Counted from the whole stretch's first letter, positions 1-12,094 are shown. The stretch is 63,994 nt of DNA, filler included, from Octopus bimaculoides (GCF_001194135.2; 4 parts of 4 records of this genome joined end to end with filler, not necessarily neighbours in it); one strand, 5' to 3'. The notes: generated from the sequence alone by a model not told the origin. Numbers and translations are program-made.

Positions 1-1030
1 CTCTACACCCCTCATGTTTGGCTTTGAGGTGACGGTCCAATGCCGTTCTCGCTGCCAGAATGTGGGATGCAGAGCCCAACCTCAGCGCCTCTTCTAAGTT
101 CTTAACTAGCTGCCCTTCTACTCTAGTCCTATCTAGTCTTAGCTGTTTGCTAAACCTAATAGACTCGAAACGAATGGCTCTTTTGAGGGCGAACCACCAC
201 CGGTTATTAACCACGGTACCGGTTAACGCTCTCTGTACTAACTCCTTAATCCGTCTACGGTATACTTTAGAAGTCAAAATAGTCTTGTTCAGCTTCCAGT
301 AGCCGGATCCTCTACTAGTTGTACTATTTACGTCCAACCTACACTTAACAATTCTATGGTCAGTGTAGGACACTTGGACAAGTTGTGGACAAGTAAAACT
401 AGGCTTATCTATAATTCTTATTACTATCCTATCTAGATAAGACTTGAACCTTCCGTCGCCACTCATCCAGGTACTCTGGCACGTTCGGATGTTTGAGCCT
501 GTAACGGTCTGCCAGCTGAAATCGCTTAAGCAGATCGACGAGGCGTGAGTTCACTTTTCTATCAATCGAGCCGACGCTATCGATGCGAGCGTCAACAATA
601 GCGTTGAAGTCCCCTAACACTACTAATGTCTTCGACGTCACGAGAAAGCCCTCTAGGCGCCGGTAAAAGTCAGTTTGGAAACCTCTAGCGCATGGTGCGT
701 AGAGTCCAATCAGCCTGAAGGCTTTACTGCTGTATGTCACATCAAGGACGACCAGCCCACCTTCAGGGTCCACATAAACTGTACTTGTCTGCAAAGCCAA
801 GCCATTGCGGATCAGTACCACTACACCCCCTCGCCCCCGGTCTGGCCAGGAGCCATGAATTTCTCATAGTCATTCAGGAGAGGCGAGAAGGTTCGTAGAC
901 TGTCCAGCTTGGTCTCTATAGCAACCATCACATGTATATCGTGCGATCTGAGGTCGTCGTGGAAACATGCCTGCTTCCACTTCGAACTCAGACCACGCAC
1001 ATTTAAACAACCAATATTGAGCGAAGTCAT
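1..1030 (-). pseudogene. Frameshifted ORF2 apurinic-type endonuclease (APE) domain of the Tx1/L1 element
   Basis: MTSLNIGCLNVRGL...ETKL; LIGLYAP; VVLGDFNA; after a frameshift WMSGDGRFKSYLDRI...SYTDH...GSGYWKLNK. These are canonical L1/Tx1 endonuclease motifs, with frameshifts near 821 and 470. Confidence 0.92.
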
Positions 1031-2824
1031 GAGGAAAGGAAAGGTTCCACTTACTTTTTAGTTGGGGCCGATGTCGCCAAGCGTTCGTCGGCCCTTCCTT
1101 TCTCCTCCTCCTCTAGGTACGGGGGCAACTTGTGCAACTGTCTTATAATTTTGGGGTATCTTTCCTTCAGTTTCAGGAACGTTCTTTCCCCTATCAAGGC
1201 ACACCTTTCGCTGTGGCCTTTTAGTTGTTTGTACATACTAGTAGTATGTTGTTCTGATATCTCCTCAATTAATAACTGTTCTTTCGCACTAAATTCAATT
1301 AAAATTATTTCTTCTTCTTTTTCTTTTTTTTCGTGGTCAGTGGGGCGGGATTTCTTGGGTGTCTGTGTTGTGTTGTTTGCGTTGTTTTTTTTGTAGGGGA
1401 TGTGGGCGGGGATAGTGCATGTGTTCTCTTTTTTTTTCTTCTCTTCACAGTTATGAATCCCCCCTCTGTCTCCATACTGTCTNNNNNNNNNNNNNNNNNN
1501 NNNNNNNNNNNNNNNNNNNNNNNNNNNNNNNNNNNNNNNNNNNNNNNNNNNNNNNNNNNNNNNNNNNNNNNNNNNNNNNNNNNNNNNNNNNNNNNNNNNN
1601 NNNNNNNNNNNNNNNNNNNNNNNNNNNNNNNNNNNNNNNNNNNNNNNNNNNNNNNNNNNNNNNNNNNNNNNNNNNNNNNNNNNNNNNNNNNNNNNNNNNN
1701 NNNNNNNNNNNNNNNNNNNNNNNNNNNNNNNNNNNNNNNNNNNNNNNNNNNNNNNNNNNNNNNNNNNNNNNNNNNNNNNNNNNNNNNNNNNNNNNNNNNN
1801 NNNNNNNNNNNNNNNNNNNNNNNNNNNNNNNNNNNNNNNNNNNNNNNNNNNNNNNNNNNNNNNNNNNNNNNNNNNNNNNNNNNNNNNNNNNNNNNNNNNN
1901 NNNNNNNNNNNNNNNNNNNNNNNNNNNNNNNNNNNNNNNNNNNNNNNNNNNNNNNNNNNNNNNNNNNNNNNNNNNNNNNNNNNNNNNNNNNNNNNNNNNN
2001 NNNNNNNNNNNNNNNNNNNNNNNNNNNNNNNNNNNNNNNNNNNNNNNNNNNNNNNNNNNNNNNNNNNNNNNNNNNNNNNNNNNNNNNNNNNNNNNNNNNN
2101 NNNNNNNNNNNNNNNNNNNNNNNNNNNNNNNNNNNNNNNNNNNNNNNNNNNNNNNNNNNNNNNNNNNNNGTCCTTAGGACAGTATGTTTTGAATGTTACT
2201 GACCTCTTTTCGATATCAATTATAGCGGCGGAGGGTGATATTCTTACATCACCACCCTCCTGTTTCGTCCTTTAAAAAAGTTGTTCTATTTTTTCCATAT
2301 TTATTTCAATGTTTTCGGTTGCCACTTCGGCAACCGATGCAAACTTTTTTGTCATGTTACTTTCTTCTTTCTACCTCTCAATGAGTGGCTGTTTTCCGTT
2401 AACAATTTCAACAGGCATTTTCCCTTTACAAATGGGAGACCTATACAATATTATTATTATTATTATTAAATCTTAAACGAATTGTTCTCCTCTCCGCAAG
2501 GACACAGAAGCTTCAAATCCCGCCCCCGCTGCGGGGAGGGACACAAAGGATAGTCTAAAACGACTATTAACAGTTTGTACAAAAATTTTCACAGATACAA
2601 GAAATGCCTCAGTGGCCAAAAAATGTAACAGTTCAATAATTACTCCCCGATAAACCGGGAAGTACAAAGTTCAACGAATTTTCCAGCACTTTCCAACAGA
2701 TAATTCAACCGCAAATTCAACAAGTACAACAATAATGACAATAATGACTGCAAGATAACTCTTACCGGGTAACGAACAGAATATGTCCAAATACGACCTT
2801 ACCGGAAGTGATGCTCTCCTGTCA
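1..2824 (-). mobile_element. Tx1/L1-clade non-LTR retrotransposon, 5' part (5'UTR, ORF1 remnant, start of ORF2); runs off the window start; gap 1483-2169 inside
   Basis: ORF1-like frames at ~2380-2170 (MTKKFASVAEVATENIEINMEKIEQLF...) and 1330-1051 (...KKIILIEFSAKEQLLIEEISEQHTTSMYKQLK...PTKK*) are followed directly by the ORF2 start at 1030. The 5' boundary is placed where a SINE remnant begins (2825). Confidence 0.75.
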
Positions 2825-2862
2825 GGGAAGCAAGCTTCTTACCACACAGCCTCGCCTGTGTC
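2825..2862 (-). mobile_element. Head remnant of tRNA-derived SINE family B
   Basis: gggaagcaagcttcttaccacacagcc matches the head of intact family-B copies at 19235-19260 and 37840-37871. Confidence 0.7.
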
Positions 2863-3063
2863 TATACGTTCATTTAATTTTGTACTGTTGCAGAAAAAAA
2901 GGGACATTTCTTATACGTCCTAATATATTGTATCATAACGTTCTTCCCAAATTTATTTGGTCTTGTTTCATTTATTCCTACATATTCTCTAACATCTTTC
3001 TACGATTATGAATGAACAGGTCGTGGTGGCAACATCAAAGAAAATAATATTATTGGCACGATT

Positions 3064-3285
3064 ATGACGATGACCATCATCATCATCATCATCCACATCA
3101 TTATCGAAATCATCATCATCATCATCATCATCACCAACGTTGCCACTAAAACCACCACCGCCGCCGCCACCATCATCGTCGTCGTCGTCGCCGCCGCCGC
3201 CACCGTCGTTGTCGCCACTACCGCCACCACCGCCTCCACTCCCGCTACCGCCGTCACCGCGGTATTATTATTATTATTACTGCCT
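3064..3285. repeat. Compound trinucleotide microsatellite (ATC/ACC/GCC/GTC/ATT)
   Basis: Directly visible; it explains ORFs 3006-3257 and 3064-3294. Confidence 0.95.
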
Positions 3286-4420
3286 CAGAAATAGATTGAT
3301 AAATAATATATAAATAAACAAATAAAAAAAACTAGAGATTATTGTCGATGGGCGTGTTTTGATATTCCCGGCCGCCATTGCTGTTGAGATGTCGCATGAT
3401 ATATCTAGGGCAGGCTAACCTGACAGAAGCTATTCCTCATCTAAAGAGCGGTATCCTTTTTCTGTTCGGTACCAGTTAGAAACATATTGAAGCTTTGTGA
3501 TAGGGGAAATAATCAATATTGATATGAAAATGCAAATCCAAATAAATGAGTATGTAAATAAATAAATAAAACGAGTAAAAGCAAAATTCAAACTAACATA
3601 TATACAAGCAAATATACACAATAATGAAACAAACAAAGACATGTTAATTTATGATGGCGATTCACTTACAGCAAAGTCGTTGTGAGATATTGTAACAAAA
3701 GACACTAATATTAATATTACTTTCCATTGATACCCAGTGATCCAATAAAATTTGCAGTTATTATTACATCATTCACAGATGGTTGCTTGAGACAGACGAC
3801 AAATCTCACAAGCAATATATTCTGTATGCTTTTGTATTATTGAAATATAATTCTCTGGAGTTGTTTCCTGTTTTTATTTATCGCCATCTTAACATAACTA
3901 GTGTAAAGAAAATCCGTTTTCAGTAATGTTTTGGTGGATGAGGAAAGGCCTAAGTCTATTTTTGCTGTATGAAAACCTAATACCGAAGTAGACGTGAGCA
4001 TTAGCTTATGTCTCGCTGTTGGCAAGTTTATCATCGAGGCTAATTAATTTGTTTTCTTTTCATTACAGGTGTAACTTTAACTGATTAAATACATTTAGCT
4101 TTGTTCGCTATATAAATATGCTAGCTCTCACTTAACTATATATCTGCATGCAGAAAACTCCTCAGTGAAGTTTTTCCTTTCATAAGCATTTTTGTGGCTA
4201 AAATTCTCTATATTTTTCAGTTATTCTAAAGTCTGAAGTAGCAGAAAGAAATATTGAGAACTTGAGAAAAAAACTGAAGCTATTTTAATTAACAAATACA
4301 ATCTGTATATTGACATCTGAACTGCAAGCGGCTGACTGGGTGCTATAGCAACGCAAAACAACCCTTCATACAAACACTACAGAACAGGAAAGTCAGCTAA
4401 CAATTCTTTTTCTTCGAAGA

Positions 4421-4458
4421 TTTTCTGAAGAAGGGGTCCTAACTCTAAAATATTGAAA
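4421..4458 (+). ncRNA. Heavily decayed minimal hammerhead-like motif (Penelope-type)
   Basis: tttt CTGAAGA A gggg tcctaa ctct AAAAT ATT gaaa; it needs CpG-type decay of the GAAAC GTT segment to fit. Confidence 0.3.
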
Positions 4459-5068
4459 TGTCAGGTAAAACCATCGACCTGTATTATTTTTATAATTTGC
4501 TGTTTTAGTTTAAAAAAATAATAATTAAACGCACGCACGCATGCACACGCACGAGCACACACACACACACACTTCGCCGTACAACGTAACTTACCCAAAA
4601 TTCTTTACACCTTGTTTACACCTTCACCCACAAATACCGCTCCACATACAGAAACCAAACCTTCTATATACCTATATACGCATGAACAAGAGGAGGCAAA
4701 CGTATGAACCTTTTTCATTAGAAACTGTCAGAACTCAGTTTCACTGAGAGAACTTGACTCGACATACGAAAGCAACAATAATCGTTTAAAAGATACAAAT
4801 GGAGAAAAAGAAGCAGTAAACAGTAAGCTTGAAAAAAAACAAAAACAAAAATCAAATAGATTCATTCCACCACCTGGTACTTTGAGTGCCATTAGTGAAG
4901 GAGTCCACTCCTGTTGCAAGCATTCCGATTCTCCGATTTAAGGATACTTTCCTCCTTTCCTTTCTCCTATCAGTCTCAGAGGCCCTGTAACAGATCAAGG
5001 GCATAAAATTCCCTTCTATCTAATAAGATAAAACTAAACATTACCCATCCAGCTCGCTCGCTCGACGG

Positions 5069-5202
5069 ACTTCCGCCCTTGCTAGATAGCATGGCTCACG
5101 TGACCATCAGGTTGAATCCCATGACACAGCATGTATGTCAAACTTCACTCAGTAATATGCTTGCCAACTGATATCTCTTGTTTTCGAATACATGCTGATT
5201 GG
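5069..5202. promoter_or_regulatory. Candidate Pol II promoter motif cluster
   Basis: ACTTCCG (ETS-like, 5069), CCGCCC (GC box, 5073), TCACGTGA (E-box, 5096) and ATTGG (CCAAT, 5198) in a locally CpG-rich patch. Confidence 0.4.
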
Positions 5203-5810
5203 ATACAGACTAGTTTTCACATTCAAGGTGATTGTGCATGAATTACACTGGGGAATACAATTTTGAAATTTGTTTTTGACTAAATAAAATTGGTGTCTGT
5301 CTATTACGTTGTACTTTTATCCAACAGCATACTCCTTAAAAAAAAAAAATCACCGCCACAGAGTATTGATCAGCATATATTCTGTTGCTTTAGAAGATAT
5401 TTTTTGTGTATATTTCAGGTACTGATTCCAAATATATAATAAGTTTTGATCTGTCATCTCTTTTTTGGTGATAGAACTTACTCCTTTCTATGCTAATGCA
5501 TCCTCTCATATGCTAAAACTAGGAACCTCAGTTGCACCTTACACTTTGGTGCATTAGAACTTAGATCTATTCTTGGGTCTATTGGAGAAGGCTCTAGTTG
5601 CGAAACAGAATCGGTTTTCCTCTCATCTCTAATCTATTGCCGATCCGTTATTTTGACACAAAAATAGTAACATTATTAATGTTACAATACTTTAATAAAG
5701 CAATCACATATTACTAAATCAGTAACTGGAAGGCAATAAAATTTTATTTTTGTTGGTCTGTGTTCAGCATTAATTTTCAGATCAATATTAAAATATATAA
5801 ATCAGCTATA

Positions 5811-6000
5811 TTTGTTGGAAAAGTCAGTTGCACTTTTAGAAGCCAGCTGTACTTTGGAACACAGCTGAACTTGTAGAAGCCACATGCGTTTGTAGAAGTC
5901 AACAGCATTTGTAGAAATCACTCACATTTGTTGAAATCATCTGCACTTTTAGGAGCCGAACACACTCGTAAAATGTAAAAGCAATTTCCGTAGAAGCTGG
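5811..6000. repeat. Degenerate 18-20 bp minisatellite, ~9 units, consensus ~TTTGTAGAAGCCAGCTGCAC
   Basis: Units include ttttagaagccagctgtac, tttggaacacagctgaac, ttgtagaagccacatgcg, tttgtagaagtcaacagca, tttgtagaaatcactcaca and tttgttgaaatcatctgcac. Confidence 0.75.
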
Positions 6001-7021
6001 TTGTGTTCATTCAATTCTTGGATGATTGGTGTAATACCTCAGTGCTGTAATCTATATAGTCCTATAAATCATGCCTTAGGAATTATGATAAACTTATAAT
6101 TTGGAGAAATTCTTTTACTGATATGTCTGTAGAAAATAGCATTATGAAGTATATGAGATAGGAAAAAAACAAAGAAAATTGCAATTTCGCAGCGTTTAAA
6201 AACGCCATCCCATAGTGAATTGAAATTAGCTTTTTGTAGTTAAGTTCTTCAATAAATAATTGAATTGTGAAAAATACATTTTTATATATACATATTAAAA
6301 TTAAGATTTAGAACAATTTTCTAGTCTGTGTAGACTTTAATAACTGCCATATCATAGTAAAAGTTACATACTTCAAACTAATCAAGAAACAATTTTTTTT
6401 ATTATAGTATAAATGGAGCTAGAAATATACATTGATGTATAAGCAACTAAGAAAAATAAACTGACTTTAAACTATTAACATACAATTCCTCCTAATCCCA
6501 TATTAATTAAATCGCATCTATAATAATTGATGTTCTTAAACCAAAATTAAATAGAACAAATTAATCTTTGATTGTCTCCATCAATGCATTAAAAAAATCC
6601 TTTATAAATCACGCTATATCCAGATATTAAACGCAGAAAGTCTGGTAGCTCATAATAAATTGAAATTGTTTATTAAATGATACCTAAATCTCATTAGTCG
6701 AATTTTCACGAACAGCTTTAAATAACTTAGACGGACTTTAAGAAACGAAGTTGTTTTCTCTCGATATTCAGTTGTTTTTCTCTCTTTCTTCCTATCTTTA
6801 TCTTCTATTCCATTTCTCCAACTCATCTCCCATTCTCTCAGTTGCTACTATATTTCCGTCTCTTCTCGTTATTGATCTTACGTTCGAATCTTAAATAACT
6901 GACTTCCTTCTTTTTTTCTTTTTATTTTAGTATAAATAAATTTACAATTTCTGTATATGAAGAACTATAAGATTAGTGAAACAAATCAGCATGCCGTAAG
7001 ATATTATTATCAATTACTCAT

Positions 7022-7110
7022 GAGCAGGCGTTGCTGTGTGTTTAAGAAACCTTCTTTCTAACCGTATGGCCTTGGTAGATGGAAACTGAAAGAAGCCCGT
7101 CATATATATA
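7022..7110 (+). mobile_element. SINE family B, internally deleted 5' half
   Basis: gcaggcgttgctgtgtgtttaagaa...ttggtagatggaaactgaaagaagcccgtc followed by (TA)n. Confidence 0.75.
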
Positions 7111-7220
7111 TATAATAACTCTAGGATGGAATTTATAAATATTTAATACATCGCTATGAGCATTTCCACGNNNNNNNNNNNNNNNNNNNNNNNNNNNNNT
7201 TTGTATCCTTGGGATGAGTA

Positions 7221-7517
7221 CAGTATAGTCTGTATTATCCATGGGCATCCGGTTGATCATCATCATTGATTCATGTCATCAGGCGATACTGCATTAGTGG
7301 ATGAATCACAGAGGGATGTTTGTCCATTCTTGCCAGTATGAAGGCCAATCTAACATATAGCTATTAAGAATATGAAGCATATAGCTAGATTGGCCTTCAT
7401 ACTGGCAAGAATGAACAAACATCCCTCTGTGCCTCATCCACTAATGCAGTATCGTCTGATGAAATGAATCAATGATGAGGATCAACCGGATGCCCACAGA
7501 TTATACAGACTATACTG
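7221..7517. mobile_element. Fold-back Tc1/mariner-type MITE (~132-bp arms, 33-bp spacer, TA TSD)
   Basis: TA|CAGTATAGTC...GACTATACTG|TA. Arms 7221-7352 and 7386-7517 are reverse complements with ~9 mismatches. Confidence 0.85.
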
Positions 7518-7519
7518 TA

Positions 7520-8365
7520 CGTGCTTTCTTTGTATTTCATTGGTGTCCTTTCCTCCTATTACACGTTTCATCACCTGTTTTTTATTCTCTGTCTGTAGTA
7601 GTTTTTTCTGTGCTGCTCTGTAAATATTCTACTAATCTTTTCTTTCCACCTATACACGTTCTTCTACTGTTGTTAAACCTCTTTCACTCTCGTCTCTCCT
7701 CAAGTACAGCCGGTTGATATCAGCTTTTGGATGGTGGGCTCCATACATCGTCAACAACTTCCCAGTTTTTCTGTCAAGTTTCTTTATATCGCTTTTGGTC
7801 CAGTCTATAATTCTACCTCCATATCTGATTAAGGGTACTGCTTTTGAATTTATTGCTTTTATAAGAATTTGGAATTCAGCTTTAACTGCAAAAAGTTTCT
7901 TACTCTCTTTGTGTACTCCCCTCTGGTAATTTGTTTCATTTCTTTATTTTTTATCTCGTCTGCTTCCAGTATTCCCAAGTACTTATACCACTGTCTTTTC
8001 TCAACTGCTCTCATTGTTTGCCCATTTGGCATTTCAATTCCCTGGGTTCTTTCAAATCTTCCTCGTTTCATTTCCAATATAGCGCACTTTTCTAGCCCAA
8101 ATTCCATAACTACATCATTTGAGAAAATGCAGATAGTATGTACAAGACTTTCAAGCTGTGTCTCATTTTTCGCAGAAACCTTTATATCATCCATGAAAAG
8201 GAGATGATTTAGCTGACCATTTCCTTTTCCCAAATCATAAGCACTTTTAATTTTTCGTAGTATCATAATGAGTGGTGTCATGGCCAATACGAAAATTAAT
8301 GGAGATAAGCTATCACCTTGGAATATTCCACGTCTGATGTTCACTTCTCCGATCACTTCAGTATT
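7520..8365 (-). mobile_element. R4/Dong-clade LINE, 5'-truncated RT fragment (copy B)
   Basis: RRGIFQGDSLSPLIF, HLLFMDDIK, MEFGLEKCA, YKYLGI, then LDRKTGKLLTMYGAHHPKADINRLY. Confidence 0.92.
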
Positions 8366-8382
8366 CCAATGTTTCATACTTT

Positions 8383-8384
<2 letters not shown>

Positions 8385-8468
<84 letters not shown>

Positions 8469-8493
8469 TTATTATTATTATTATTATTATTAT
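8385..8493. repeat. (CTA)n(ATT)n microsatellite
   Basis: Directly visible; it gives the poly-S/N, poly-L and poly-T/I ORFs. Confidence 0.97.
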
Positions 8494-8499
8494 TGATTT

Positions 8500-9400
8500 G
8501 ACTCAGGTTCATTTTCAATCCCAAATTTCATGCCTACATCATTCGAGAAAATGCGAACAGTGCATACTAAACTTTCAAGCTGTTTCACACTTTTCGCATA
8601 AAGCTTTATATCATCCATAAAAAGGAGACGATTTATTTGACTATATCCTTTTCCCGAATCGTAAGCTATTTTAACTTTTCGTAATACCAAACTCGGCGGT
8701 ATCACAGCCAATACAAATAGTATTTGAGATAAGTTTTCACCTTGAAATGCACCACGTCTGGTGTTCACTTTTCTAAATCTTTGGTTTCTTTCAGTCAATT
8801 CAGTACTCCAATATTCCATACTTTCATTTGGCCATTTTCTCCATATATTCTACCACTCAAACAAGCTCATTATTTTACTTATCCAACTGTGCGGTACCAT
8901 GTCGCATGCTTTTTGGTAATCCAACTATGTTCTATTCAGTCCCATCAATATGCGTCAAAAATTTCTAATTATCATTTTATTAACTAATATGTGGTCTTTT
9001 GTTGTCCTACTTTATTTCCTGCATCCTTTCTGTTCTCCTGGAAGTAGATTGTCACTTTCCAGATCGTTATATAACTTTTCCTCCAAGACACTGGTCATAA
9101 GGTTCCACATAAGTGATAAACAGGTTATAGGTTGAAAATTTGATATATATATATATTTACCTTTCAAGGAGTCCTTGAGACATAACAACGTTCGTCCACT
9201 TGTCATCCAGGTAGGGACGCGCCCCTGCTGCAGGCATTCAGCCACTTGTGCAGTGATCCTTTCGTGCAACTGCGGCATTTGTTCCATATCCTTGAGTTCC
9301 GGGGTCAAAGCCAGCAAGGGCCTATTTGAAGGAGACCTCTTTGATACAAACATTTGGACCAGGTCTCTGATTTGAGACTTTCCTTCTTCCTTTCCATTAG
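8500..9400 (-). mobile_element. R4/Dong-clade LINE RT fragment (copy A), decayed
   Basis: PTWMTSGRTLLCLKD, NFQPITCLS, LLPGEQKGCRK, DYQKACDMVPHSWI, RRGAFQGENLS, LLFMDDIKLYAK, MKFGIE. Confidence 0.9.
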
Positions 9401-9920
9401 TCTCAAAACTCTGAAAAGTGTCATGAACAATGTCCTTCCTCCTTGACTAAGCTCTTCAGGCATAATGTTGGACTACAGGAAATGATGTATTTTCATATTT
9501 ATAACAGCAATGCGTGGTATGTGAAAGATTTGGCTACTTTTTCAGGCAGTTCGGACGGATACATCGTCTCGTGATGTTGGGTGTATGGCAAAGATGTAAA
9601 TGCAAAAGAAATAAGTGCTTCCTGTATATATCTCAATGCTATCAGACACCGGAGGTTTTTGGTGGAATACAATCACTCCAGTATAAAAGTCAAAATATAT
9701 TTAAAACATGAATTTGGTTGAAATGTACCGATACGAAATAATGTCTGTGATGTTACATAGTGATTGTGGGTTTCAGCGGTTGTCATATCCTTTCACCTGC
9801 TAATGTAGGTTAAATATCGTGAAAGTCTTTTTACACATATATTTACAATATATCGATTCCTGGACAGTGATTCCATTATTAATACATAATTACATAAATA
9901 ATTAGGAATCTTTAAATAAT

Positions 9921-10133
9921 AGTTTCAAATTTTGGTACAAGGCCAGCAAGTTTAGCGGAGGGCGCTTGTCGATTACATCGACTCCAGTGCTCAGCTGTTA
10001 CTTATTTTATCAAACCGAAAGACGAAAGGCAAAGTTGATCTCGGCGGAATTTGAACTCAGAACGTAAAGACGAACGAAATGCCGCTAAGCATTTTGCTCG
10101 GCTTGCTAAAGATTCAGACAGCTCGCCACCTTA
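9921..10133 (-). mobile_element. tRNA-derived SINE family A (A1 tail)
   Basis: Head ggtggcgagctg, B-box gagttcaaattcc, tail ttgtaccaaaatttgaaac. Confidence 0.9.
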
Positions 10134-11495
10134 AGGAATTTTTGAGTAATATCACCGAATTTTAACTCACCGTTTGAGGTATTAACGCACATTTAGCTCG
10201 AAAATTGATGGAAGAAAACATCCGGAGTAATTTACTTCATCAAACCAGAAAGGAAACATACCTAATGCAAAAAGAAACTCTTTTGACAAGAAGTCCTTTC
10301 TAAAACAAGGATAAAGTTTGTTTCTCTCACAGAAGCGTTCTCATTTTAGTCTTTGACTGCTAAACAAGGACACTATTTAAACTGCGGTTTCATCTGGTTC
10401 TGACTTTTGTGACAGCTGTGGAAATCTGCAATTTAGGAATTCAAGAATTTAATGAACATTCAGAACGACTTTGGGATTCGTGCAAAATTCTTTGATATAA
10501 TTTAACGGTAGCTGTAAAAGAACTGGATATAGGATATAATCAACTTCGCTTCAGCCATTAAAAAAATTTATCGATGTAAATAGCGAGACAAATGCGTTTT
10601 AATATCACTTAGACCTAACAGAATTATTGATAAAGTGTATTTTATTGATTAAGTAATGTCTTTTCAAAGGTAGACGATCTACACAGTCAGTCATTTATCG
10701 TTTCACATTTTCTCTCCACAGGTGAGAGACTGCTTATTGACAGCAACGCCATTATAAGCAATTAAGTTTCATTTATATTCAATATAAAATTACGAATAGG
10801 TTTATAACAGTATATTCTAATCCTGTTGTGTTATCATACACCTTACTAAAAACCCAAACCAACTATAAAATACACAAACTCGGCTTCGCATTACATTAAC
10901 GTACAGTATGTCTCAGCGCTATGATTTAAAAAGACACAAAGAAAATGCCACGAAACACACCAATGCTACCATACATCATGCAACTATATACAATGCAAAC
11001 ACTAGTATAGAAGATATGTGTGTGTGCGTGTGTTTATATATATATTTTTCACACGGTGCTGATGTTATCATACATCACGCATCAGCACCACAAAACAGTG
11101 TACGTGAACACTGCCATAATGCACCACATAAAAACACTACCAGGCACCAGTTAATGGAAGAGTTGTATCAGTTAAGCTTCTACGAGGAGTTTAAACGGCC
11201 ATCGTTAGAAAGATAAGAGGAGAGAAGGAGAGAAGGAGAGAGGTGAGGAATTTTAAATGGTATTGTCGCTTTGTTGCACTTTATTAGCTTCTAACCAAAG
11301 TGACAACATTATTGTGTCTCTCCCATTCTCTTTTTCCTTATTCTCCCTCTTTTCCTCATTCTCTCTCTTTTCCTCACTCAGGTGAAGTAGAAAGACCCCA
11401 AAACGATGCATTATTTATTCCTTACAGTCACTAAACTTCTTATGAAATCTGCAATTAGCTCTAGACTGAATTCCGCTATAAACTCCACTATGAAA

Positions 11496-11716
11496 TATTG
11501 GTTTCAAATTTTAGCACAAGGCCAGCAATTTCGAGGAAGGGTATAAAGTCGATTATATTGACCCCCAGTACTCAACTGATACTTATTTTATCGGCCCCGA
11601 AAGTATAAAAGGCGAAGTCGACCTTGGTGGAATTTGAACTCAGGACGTAAAGTCGGACGAAATACCGCTAAGCATTTTACCCAGCGCTCTAACGATGTTG
11701 CCAGCTCGACGCCTTT
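11496..11716 (-). mobile_element. SINE family A (A1 tail)
   Basis: Same head, B-box and tail as 9921-10133. Confidence 0.9.
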
Positions 11717-12005
11717 ATTCTACAATAAAATATTGTAAGGACTCTACCTTGTACTCCGCAACGAGCTCTTCCATAACATTTACTATAGACTATTCTATGT
11801 ACTGTACAATAAACTTTTCCACATCATCGACCATGAGGTCATGTATGGACTCTTCTAAGAAATATTCTATATACTCTGATATGTAGACTAGTATAAAGCT
11901 TATTATGAACTCTTGTACGTCCTCTATAATGACCTACGCTATGAAATGATTGTTGTAAATGCCAGACAATCACCATTTTACTCAGATTCGAAGTTTGACC
12001 ATTTA

Positions 12006-12009
<4 letters not shown>

Positions 12010-12092
<83 letters not shown>
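12010..12092. repeat. (CA)n microsatellite
   Basis: Perfect dinucleotide run; similar runs at 12665-12734, 41935-42019 and 49307-49357. Confidence 0.98.

Positions 12093-12094
<2 letters not shown>

Noticed and set aside
1333-2202. Long ORFs spanning N-runs (also 12584-13510, 18258-18902, 22247-22735, 43820-44708, 49119-50306)
   Set aside because: Their length comes from untranslatable gap characters.
4339-4464. RFX X-box-like GGTGCTATAGCAAC and ATG TCA G|gtaaaa as a gene start
   Set aside because: Splicing to nearby acceptors gives only 10-16 aa peptides, and the segment overlaps a probable repeat-derived hammerhead relic.
10410-10560. LRR-like VKELDIGYNQL
   Set aside because: A single motif bracketed by in-frame stops, with no usable splice sites or further repeats.
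10170-11440. Strong splice-like signals (G|gtgagt on - at ~10170; ccacAG at 10720; actcAG at 11382)
   Set aside because: All candidate exons contain stops or give unrecognisable short peptides; there is no supporting gene model.
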